Of a stretch of 64,000 bases of DNA, positions 1 to 9,807 are shown in pieces (the first letter of the stretch is position 1; the number at the start of each line of letters is the position of its first letter). The notes beneath the pieces were generated by a model. That model did not search any database and was not told the DNA's origin. It worked only from the letters and a program-made list of their open reading frames with translations. Position numbers and translations under genes: made by a program. This stretch comes from Chlorokybus atmophyticus (lineage: Eukaryota; Plantae; Mesostigma and Chlorokybus algae). The stretch lies in contig RHPI01000461.1 of assembly GCA_009103225.1 (NCBI GenBank), positions 8,800-72,799 of the forward strand, in the 5' to 3' direction.

Positions 1-2927
1 ATTGGCGCCGATACATCTGAGTCCGTTGTCACAGTTGAAGCTGGAGATGCAGGATTGGATGATGAAGCTGTTGGATACTGCGTAGTAGGTTCTGGTGCAG
101 TTTGACTGTCTGTCGGACCAGCTGCAGCCATAGACAAGGCATTAATAGCATTATCAGTGGTCTGCATCATGGCATTCATCATATGGTGAATCTTAACATC
201 ATTGTATAGATGACGTTCGGCATAGCGCGTGACATGTGTCAACAAACTGCGGTTTGTGTTGTTAATGAAACCCCGCAACACACATTCTTCATAGTAAGTG
301 CGTGATTGGTTGTTCAAAGAAATCAAATCAACTTCAGAGCGAAAAGTAACCCGCTGAAGAAGCAAATTGAAACAAAACCCTTCAGTGCTGTGTACAGGAT
401 GGTAATCCGTGAATCTGATGATGCGCGGGACAGCTAACTCATAAACGAATGCATTCAGTCTGTCTCTTAGAGTACGCACAGTGTTATGTGGCACAGTGTC
501 TCCATCTCGGTGCATGTACTGTCGAAAGTAGTTGTACATTGTGACTCTTTCTACCTCGTCAGGCCTGACACAATAACGATGAATGGGATGCACAATTACT
601 GTCCGTGCACGACTGTTCACTATGCGAGAACGATTGTTAGGCAAACGCGTGTCAACATATGTTACATTGGACGACATTTGCATGATGGGAATATCTAAAC
701 ATATCAAAGCAGCTTCAGCTGGAGCAATGGGTTTGGACAAGTACATTGTGTTCAATATGCGCAATTCGTTAACAGTCAATCCTTGCAAACCGAGTGCATT
801 GGTGTCTAATGCATCATCAACAGTGCCACAAGGTTCCATTTTTGTTGTGTACTTGACTAAATACTTGCTCCAATGACTGTCAGTGACTTGCAACACATTA
901 CAATGAGCACCCCACAACAATAAAAGCACTGGATGTGTGGGAACAACATTGCGGTCACAAGTGCGTGGTCTGTAATAATCGTACCTGCGCGTTTCTGTGT
1001 TGAACTGAGGTCGACGATCTGGTTGTATGGGATACGGAAAGCCCATGTCGCACTTGTTGTCAAATGCTCTGCAGCCACTGCCAAAATCAGAACACTTGTG
1101 CATTTGCTTGCGTACAACATAATCATAAAGGACTCGCAGTTTACAATCAGTTGGTACAATTATTTGCTGATTTGCATGGTCAAAATCTCCGGGGATAAAC
1201 GCAGTGATTTCACTGCAAACTCGTTTAACATCGTCGGGATGTAACCACAACATAACATGTGCATGCAAAGATCCACGGTGTTGTGTTTCATACCTGATAA
1301 CATAGTGCATCACACGTCCAAGGATATCCTTTCGCATGATATATTTTTCAAGGAAGGTGCTGAACCGATGATGAAACAAACGTGCGCACTCCACAGGGGC
1401 ATCGCGCCAACTAAGTTGCGTTGAGACATTGTGGAGAACATTCTGCAAATCAATGATCTCAGGGAATTTGGTACTGGACACTTCATCTGCAGTCATGGTG
1501 ACAAAGAGATGAGGCATACCCCAATGCTCAACCAGACACAGCAGCTCACTCAACTTTTGTCGATGCCAACTCGGAGATCCAATGATGTCACTCGGGACAC
1601 GAAATTTTACAGCGTTTTTGATGGCATCGTTGATTGTGGCAGTAGGTCGTTGTTTGAGGAACTTTTCAATATTAGCGTCCACAGCAACTTCGCGGCACTT
1701 TCTGACTGTAAGAAGTGATTGACGGATTTGGTACATCAACAGCAAATAAGGCTTGTACAATGTGAAAACTGAGAACGATTGTGTAAGACGGAACTTGACA
1801 TAGTCTGACAGTCTGCTGTACACATTACCATCAAAGAACCCACGATTGTGCGGAAACAACATGGGAAACAGAGCAGACTCAACAGTTAAACCAGGAATAT
1901 TGTACACACCACCTGTATCCATGTGTATCAAAAGAGGAACACAAGGCTCACGCAGCGACATATGTCCAACGCGCAACATGGTGTCCACTGTGACTTCAAC
2001 TGTGCTGCGCGAAGGAAATGGCAACAAAGTGGTTAAAACGTATGTGTATGCTGATTCACCAGCAATGTTCAAAGGATTACGATCCTGTGCACGAGACACA
2101 ATGCTACGAATAGTAGATGAACCGACAGTGGGGATGCCGTCAGAACCAAATGGTTGTTCTGCCAAGGTCTGATATTTCTGAACCAGAGTGTTGGACGATA
2201 ATAGCTCGCTCAACAACTCCAGCAACAAGATGGCATGTTGGTTCTGATGTGTAAACTCATCCCAAGTGATAAACGGACCGTTAATCATATTCAACTGCTG
2301 AATTTGGCCCGAAGTGAAACTGTATGAGTTATATAAGTCGCAAAGCGCCATGGACGTGTTAACAAGGGACAACATCTGCACTACCATTGGATGTATCTCC
2401 AACAACTTGCGAATGTACACTGCGCTGTGTAATACAATGTAACTGGAACGCTCCGACCCGTGACTACATCGATGGCATTGGTAGTAATCACTATCACACT
2501 TGGTATAATCGGACATAAAAACATTAGCCAAATCATATGGTGCAACGGTGGATACTGATCATCGATACATTGGACGATAAGTAGCAGCAGCAGAGTAAAA
2601 CTGTACATGCCCGCACAAAGAACAACATTGCATTCGCGTGACAAACTTACGTTGTGCATCTTGCCAACAGGAAAGCAAATCATCGCAGTCGTCCCACAAT
2701 TCGCAATGCTGAGACAAATCGCAATGTTGCTCATAAGTCATAGCGGATGACGAAACAACACACCAGGAACATATCAACCGCCCTGGCATTTGTCGCCATC
2801 CAAAAGAACCATCTCGGCACAGTCCAGCAATGAGAGCGTGCAAAGGTGCAAATCCACATGCACAATATCTCTGATGTGTAGTAAAATTTTGCGATATGAT
2901 TACATATGCGGCGATATGGACCAACAT
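1..2927 (-). CDS. Helitron RepHel protein, N-terminal Cys-rich region plus HUH Rep domain; one in-frame TGA at 2559-2561; helicase part expected beyond position 1
   Basis: Manual translation gives one frame open from 2558 to position 1. Motifs: GSPSWHR...WGMPHLFVTMTADE (about 1480-1580, Rep motif 1), LGRVMHYVIRYETQHRGSLHAHVMLWL (about 1235-1320, HUH motif 2), PTHPVLLLLWGAHCNV and KYLVKYTTKME (about 835-940, catalytic Tyr motif 3), then PIAPAEAA. Also ESALFPMLFP and N-terminal CxxC pairs (CSLC, CHRC). The listed 2559..2927 ORF is in the same frame. Confidence 0.9.
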
Positions 2928-2982
2928 GGTGCCATATGATTACATATGCGGCGATATGGCGCAACATGGTGCCATGTGATTA
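2894..2982. repeat. 40-bp tandem duplication (2 copies plus partial) spanning the RepHel start codon
   Basis: atatgattacatatgcggcgatatggaccaacatggtgcc followed by atatgattacatatgcggcgatatggcgcaacatggtgcc, then atgtgatta. Confidence 0.9.
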
Positions 2983-3020
2983 GCAAACGCTGTTAAGTGT
3001 TTCAAAACTTAATAATCAAC

Positions 3021-3506
3021 GTAACGTTCACGCCACGGTACGTGCTGCGATTTTTAGTAGATAATGCCGAGGTTACGACCATCAAAATAATGCTAACCTG
3101 AATTACCTTAACGTTAAGATTCAACTAAACGAAAAATCGCATCGTTAGGCCACCATTTGGTCACACATGAGATTGATCAAATGGGATCGCAACGGTGACA
3201 ACAGCCAGTTGCTCAAAAAGGCAGCAAAATTGTCAATCATTGCAAAGATGCGTAAAAGATGCTGAAAAATATCTCAGCGGCAACCGCTTACCAACGGCGA
3301 CCCAAATTGCTAGGGATTTAGTGCAATTGCGGCACAGTTAGTGGTTAAAACGGCCGCGTTTTTGGCGGTACGAGGTCGGGGCAGGCCCCATACCCCAAAG
3401 ACATGCCGCCACTACTCACCCTTGTTCTAACAAATCCACTCTACCCTTCAACGCTAATTGATTACACTATAGTTACTGCGTCATCAAACATGGTCAACAG
3501 CCGAAC
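3021..3506. repeat. Diverged direct repeat, copy 1 (about 0.49 kb)
   Basis: Colinear with 3814-4296. Shared blocks include aagattcaactaaacgaaa, gttaggccaccattt, caacggtgaca, gtacgaggtcggggc(a/g)ggccccataccccaaa, acgctaattgatt and cagccgaac. Confidence 0.85.
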
Positions 3507-3813
3507 TAGCGTGAGCACCATGACTGCTTCTCATGGCATCACACCAAGGGCCAGGAATGGCCATCACATACGGCACCCGCGATTGCCGAGCTGCGCGGTA
3601 TGCGCGGCCCTCTCATTGGCTCGGCGGCGGCTATCAGCTATCGGCCGTTCAATCTGATTTAAATAAATCGACCGTCCAAAGCACATCCCCACGTCATGCA
3701 ACTGCTCAGAATATATGCGAATAAATGGGAAGAAGCACCACATGGTGCACATATGGCGGCATGTTGTTTAATATGATATAAGCGTGTACCACACTTATTA
3801 AGGTGATTGATAA

Positions 3814-4296
3814 GTAACATTTGTGCCACGTTACGTGCGGAGATTTGTAGTCGATAACGCAAAGATTAGGACCTACAAATTAACTTTAAACTTATGAGCA
3901 ATAAGATTCAACTAAACGAAATTTTGCTTGGTTAGGCCACCATTTAGTCAAATCACCGCAAGATTAAGTGCCATCACAACGGTGACAGCCGCCGTTGCCT
4001 TAAAAGGCAGAAAAATGCCAATCATTGCAGAGATGCTTACAAATATCTCGAAGGCGTCTCGGCGGCAGCGACATTCCCAACAACCAGTCCACGCACGGGC
4101 TTGTTGGCGCCAACTTGGCGACAATTAGCGGTTGAATCGCGCGCGTTTTTGCAGTACGAGGTCGGGGCGGGCCCCATACCCCAAACACACATGCCGCCAG
4201 CAGTAACCATCATTTGAACTGCTCACACAGGTTTACTTGACGCTAATTGATTGTCACTGCAGTTACTGCTACATCAAACGTGGTCTTCAGCCGAAC
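3814..4296. repeat. Diverged direct repeat, copy 2
   Basis: Same shared blocks as 3021-3506, at a constant offset of about 790 bp. Confidence 0.85.
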
Positions 4297-4302
4297 GATT
4301 CG

Positions 4303-4851
4303 CTGTAATCTACAGAACCGATAATATAATTCATGATTAATTGACGATGCATGATTGTAAATCATGCTTAGACAATTAGAGCTATTGAGCAACGTACGAT
4401 TAGATGCGTCGTACGTGCCGCGACATTATAGGTACCTTATCGTTGGGTACCTTATCGTTTGATATCTGAGCTCTGATTGGCTCCCGCTAGATTTTAGACA
4501 GCCATATTTGTAGGGGTGATATAGTTTTATCATAGATGTGATGAACTCTTGACCAAAGGCCTCATCAATCGAATGGGACCTCAATCAGTTTTCTGCCACT
4601 TGCAGAGGCTATCTTGACAGGTTGGTCGTTGGCGGCGTGGGTTGAGGTAGAGGATTGAAGGAACGTCCGCGTCATAACGGACGTGCTGATACAATTCGGG
4701 AGTAGACCCACAAGGCTCGTGCTGTTATTGGCACAAACGGTTTGTGCCAGTATTGGCACGGCCTGCAGGGCCCATGTGCCACACATTACGCCGCATAACT
4801 TTGGAGTTCCAAGGCTTGGGACTCCAAAGTTGGCAGTGTACTCGCTGCTAG
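4303..4851. other. Cluster of stem-loops (structured RNA or ssDNA region)
   Basis: Perfect or near-perfect stems at 4349-4367 (8 bp), 4392-4416 (8 bp), 4663-4684 (7 bp), 4729-4749 (10 bp), 4754-4781, 4797-4831 (17 bp with one G-T) and 4832-4850. Confidence 0.7.
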
Positions 4852-5934
4852 TTGAAGATGAGGGCCTAGGCTACAACAAGTCGTAGGAGCTGCCCCGCAC
4901 ATTACGCAACCTTTTTCATAATATAAGCATGTGTTTACGGTGTGATATCGGACATAATGAATACTTGTACGTATAGGGCAATACCCTGGTATGCATATGT
5001 AGTTATACTTGCAGAGATTATTTATAACCAATGAGCAAAACATGAAAGATGTACGGGTAGCGGAGGGGTACGGGGCATGATTGCCATAATCAACAACCAT
5101 AACCATGAACCATTAAAGTGCTTACTGAAATGCGTGAGTAATTTCTACTAACAACCATCACGCAATACCACGAATATGTAGGGTAGGGCAAGGGGGGTAT
5201 TAAACAACCGATCAACCATCAATGCCGGGCACGAGTGACGACCTATATATAAAGGGTGTATGCGTGAAGACTTGCGTACATGCTTATACCATAGCCTCAC
5301 AGTTTGAATGTGCAACGATATCTTCAAGTTTTGCCATAGAACCCAATCTATCAACTAGGGATTACGGTACTCTGCTTCAAGCTTATCAATGCACACCTCG
5401 CAGTCGCATTGCTGATCAGAAGAGTGGCTCAAGGTACAGAAGGAGTATGGTACTATCTGCCTAAGCTATCACATGCATGGGTGTGGTTGTTGTTGAGTGT
5501 CCATGCATGTGTCGTGCATGTTGCATACATCACGTGCACACACGCATGCAGCAGCAAGCACACGCTCCACACATCAATACACTGCCAGTATACAACCATC
5601 GGGTTTATGTACACTACATCCTTCACTACTACACAACCACTACTTCGCTTACCCCGTTAGACATGCATGCACACGTGTTAGTTTATATTTGCCTGCCCAC
5701 ATGGGTCTTGGTTAGTCGGTGTTGGCAATGGCCACAGCAAGGACGTCGACTCCCTCCCTCTCGCTCTCCCTCTCCCCGGCCACCCTCTCTGTCGCAGCGC
5801 CCACACTGCATCATCTCCCGCTACCCTAACTCTCGCAGTGCAGTGCAGTGCCAACGTCAGCACTGCACCGCACAGGGCTGCTGCGCTGCTACTGGCAGTT
5901 AGGCGTCGCCGGTGGGGTTGGTTCACCAATGTCT

Positions 5935-6195
5935 TCACCAATGTGTTGCAGCAAAAGTACATGATGCTGCCGACAGTGTGGTCTGCATTGCAGCCCAGGC
6001 CAACTCTTCAACACTCTCCCCCAAGAATGCAATATGCACATCGCAGTTACCGCAAAGGTCTTTGTATCCATGGGCGACACGAGCTAAATCCTCCACAACA
6101 ACGGCATCACTGACGTGCGACTCCAAGCCACCAACGATGAGGTCCTCGCCGCATTCACCGACGAAGGCAACTTGTGTGTGTGTGTGTGTGTTGCG

Positions 6196-6241
<46 letters not shown>

Positions 6242-6790
6242 GCGCCAACACAACATCACCTGATGTACTCACTCGCATGTCCGGCCTTGGCACGACTTGC
6301 GCCCCAAGCCGCTGCGAAAAGATGCGCACCACCGCTTCTGCAAACTCCACCTCGCGCCGGGTCAACAGCTGTGGCTCTCTCTCTCTCCGAGCGTACCACG
6401 TGCCCGATGTTGTCACCACGAGAAGCACGCAAGTAATACGTTGCGCCGTCCTCCAGAGCATCATAATCGCTGATGCCTGGGCTTTCACCATCTTTAAATA
6501 GCGCTTTATCGTCATTGACGAAATACAACCTGTCGAAGTTCGCCGCATCGAGAAACCGTAATTCATACTCTTGCAGCTCCTCTGGATCCTCATCAATAAT
6601 GATGTTGATGGTCTTGCCTACACATAGCGCATGTTAATAGATAACAGGGCAGATGCCGGAAAGGGTTAATAGATACTATGCTGACAAATGTCACCTTTTT
6701 GGGGCGTGACAGGAAGAGGAGACATGGGAGGCTCTTCGCTTTGACAAGATTCTGAGGCATTCGCAGGGTCCCTCATACCGTCATCAGGCC
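5935..6790 (-). pseudogene. Degenerate gene, possibly with an N-terminal small domain (DYDALEDGATYYL) and a decayed PD-(D/E)xK-like C-terminal part
   Basis: Protein-like exons (KTINIIIDEDPEELQEYELRFLDAANFDRLYF...ALEDGATYYL; REVEFAEAVVRIFSQRLG; AFVGECGEDLIVGGLESHVSDAVVVEDLARV) that need a frameshift at the (AG)n run near 6380. Family assignment is tentative. Confidence 0.35.
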
Positions 6791-7327
6791 TGCCGCCTGA
6801 TGCGCGAACAAGTACACACATTAGCAATGCAGTTTCAGCGGTAAGCAACAAATTAACAACATACACGCACCAACCGACCATTTGACAAGTTGGCGCAGAA
6901 GGAAGTTGCTGTGCATCTGCGGCGAGGGAAAGCGGCTGCATGTTGTAGAGGCCGTGCAGCCTTGTGGATGAACCTTTGACCGGGGTGCTGACACCCGAAA
7001 CGGGCGCCATGTGATGCCACAACCAAGTTCAAGTCAGCGAATGCAGCACGCATCGCAGCCATGCTTCGGATGGCAATTTGTCCCAAGTGGCAGACCTGAT
7101 GAAGAAAAGTGAGATGTGCGTTATTGCATATGATGGACAATACACTTGACTGTACACAAGTGCACGCATATGACATACGGCCTATGCATGCATACTGTCT
7201 TGATCTAGGAGCAACAAGCAAATGAGAAAGAAAGAGTTCTAAGCAATGCCAGAGACAAACGGTGACAGCCAGGACAACTCGCAAGCGTGTGTGTTTGTCA
7301 AAGGCAGACTCAACAGCAATGCAAGAC

Positions 7328-7469
7328 CTAGCTACGTTAGCTATGCTAAAACTGCATCAGGATGTGTGCTTACTGGTGGACGGTTGCTGCAGCCAGCCTT
7401 CCGTAGAAAAAGGCTCTAAGTCACGGCCGCTAGCACACACTGTGGCCGTTGCCAAGCAGCGCCCAACGC
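7328..7469. repeat. Diverged local duplication, copy 1 (copy 2 at 8456-8582)
   Basis: Shared gtgtgcttactgg...ggttgctgcagccag...cacggccg...ctagcacacac.gtggccgttgc.a.gcagcgcccaacgc. A further shared 16-mer tctaagcaatgccaga occurs near 7239 and 7810. Confidence 0.75.
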
Positions 7470-7485
7470 TCTTGTCCCCCCCCCN

Positions 7486-7705
7486 CCAGATGGAACATTG
7501 CACAATGCAATGCGCCAAGACTTGCACACGCATACTCATGTAGGTCCACGACAACAGCCATAAAATGAATAGCACGCTACTAATATCATTAGGGCTAGGC
7601 CCCCTTATCATAAAGGGCCTAGGTTAGCTACACGTTGAATGCATTTCTACATAATTGACAGAAACGCCCTCAACTCTGCCAGCTGCACTACATCACTGTA
7701 CCGTG
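7486..7705. repeat. 220-bp segment identical by eye to 13383-13602
   Basis: ccagatggaacattgcac...catcactgtaccgtg occurs at both sites, with an internal hairpin ctaggccc...gggcctag. This copy starts right after an N inside a poly-C run. Confidence 0.9.
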
Positions 7706-9807
7706 CCCTTCCCCCCCCGGGATGAAATGCCACCGCCGCCTGCAACGCAAAGCAGTGACCACGGTGTGAATGCAAGGACGAGAGTGAGGACCAAGCAAAT
7801 ATGAGTCAGCTCTAAGCAATGCCAGACCTTGGTGCCAACGATGCGCGGGCGGCTCACGCGACCGGAAGCCTTGCAAGGGGTGTCGAGTGAAGCACAGCTG
7901 TCGTGGAAGGAGTCGTTGGGGTCGTACGCGTAGAAGGCGTAAAGGTGGATATAGGCGTGGCTGGGGTGGAAGTCGGTTGGGTCTAAGGCGAAAGAAAGAA
8001 GAGATGTCGAGCAGGACCTGGGGGGTTCACATCCTCCAGCGAGTTGAACACCTGCAGGCGATTGTGTGGGCGACTAGCCATGACTGTGTGTGCGCGTCCA
8101 CGAATGCATGTGCGTGCAGCTGGCATCTGCGTGCTCATGTGTGAATGTGAGTGTGTTAATGCCCGTGTGTCCCAACCGACTGCACGCATTTGCGGAGTCA
8201 GTGCGTTGAGAGATAGTGATGGCCGTGCATCTCCAACGCACCTTGATTTTGCCAGCCTTTTCAGCGACGATCACTCTCCCGTCATGTGCGAACCGCGCGC
8301 AAGTTGGCTGTGTGAAAGTGCTGCTGCCGGCAAGCACGCGCTCCAGCCAGAAGTTGGCCTGCCTTGCGATGGGCTGCGCACTCCAAGAATCAGCCATGAC
8401 AACTTGCAAGCGTTCGTCACAACATCACAAGCAGACACAACGGGTAACGAAAGAGCTAGCTACGCTACTGTTGCGTTAGGGCGTGTGCTTACTGGTTGCT
8501 GCAGCCAGTGCCTTCCACAGCGGCTCTGAGCCACGGCCGCCGCTAGCACACACCGTGGCCGTTGCTAGGCAGCGCCCAACGCCGTTTGACGCCCTCATAG
8601 GATTGCCGCCACCTGCTGCTGCACGCAGACAAGACAAACGATTGGTGAGCGGTCTGGAGCTTGCATACAGTTTGAAAGCATTGCAGTAGTGTATGATTGC
8701 ATGTTGTCAACAAGTATTGCAGTGGCTGTCGGCGTCGTTGACGGCGGCGGCGACAAGGGGGCAGGCGGGCGAGGCGGGCAGGCTTGGGGCGAGGGGAGCG
8801 CCTGGCACCCCGTTCAACCTCTTCAGCGACTCCCGGAGTAAATGTTTGTTGAGAGGCGGCATGACTGAGTGATTTGTGCGGGATTGCATTGGTTTTCCAG
8901 CCCATCCGCATATGTGTTCCATCAGCCAGTATTTTCTTAAGGGAAAAGGTTGTTGGGGATTAATGCACCTTGCTGCTGCAAATCGCTGCGCTGAGGGTTT
9001 GATTCCACATTACGTACAGGCATGCTTAACGGTGTTTAGGCTAGGTTGGCTGGCATGCAGGAGCATATCAGCCAATCAAAAGCTAAGTCCGTGCGGTAGA
9101 AGGGAGCACGAATTAACAACTTTTGCACACTGTACGTTTGCATTGTTTCGCAAACGTACAGCTGTGCAAATGTTGTGATCTATCTTCCAACACTGCACTT
9201 TGAAATCAACCATCTCTCGAGGACAGCAGAAACACTTTGTTGCCATTTTGTTCCGGGTTGTTGGTACTGCTGTCGCTGGTATAGCCGTCATTATTGTGGC
9301 AGTGCACGTCGCTGACATCAACAAGTTCCTGATCGCCATGCAACCGCTGGCTGCACTACACCTGCTTCCATTGTATGATATGATAACAGCACGCATGTCC
9401 AGTTACCTTATACACTGTCTTGTAAACTGAAAATGGTGTGATTTGAATATTGCCTCATCAGGTTTGTCTTGTGCGAGTTGATGACACGCCAGCAAGCAGC
9501 ACGCTTGCAATCACAACAGCAACTTCCGGCATGGAGGAGCTCCTCGGGTCTCTGGACCTCGCGCTGCCGAGTACTTTTGAGCCCTCACATGTTACAACCC
9601 CGACACAACAACCGACACAGCAACCTGAACAGCAACAGCAACACCAACAAACGCCGCCGCAGGAGCAACATCATTACGCCAGATGATGAGCACACACTTC
9701 AGCTCCAAAGAGAGTTTCCAGTCTTCAGGCAAAGTGTTGAAGGAACGCTTTTGCAGTTGAGACTGCAAAACAGCTAAGAGAAGATCTGTCATCCAACTAC
9801 GCTGTTA

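Larger units (their letters stand above)
1..4300 (-). mobile_element. Helitron-like rolling-circle transposon (Helitron2/Helentron-type), 5' part; runs off the window start; right boundary uncertain (about 4300, possibly up to about 5460)
   Basis: Contains the RepHel ORF. It is intronless or nearly so, more AT-rich than the host genes and lacks the host CA-rich introns. The upstream non-coding region has duplicated segments and hairpins. Confidence 0.85.

Noticed and set aside
486-2172. Plus-strand ORFs listed over the Helitron
   Set aside because: Antisense shadows of the RepHel frame.
2894-4296. Repeats considered as a CRISPR array or LTR pair
   Set aside because: No repeat-spacer periodicity, the context is eukaryotic, and there are no TG...CA ends, PBS or retroelement ORF.
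4303-5470. Fanzor/TnpB gene or known snRNA, tRNA or hammerhead beside the Helitron
   Set aside because: No RuvC-like ORF and no recognisable RNA-family consensus seen by eye.
9200-9430. Hydrophobic 76-aa ORF upstream of MAD1
   Set aside because: No recognisable family or start context; may be an exon of an unresolved gene.
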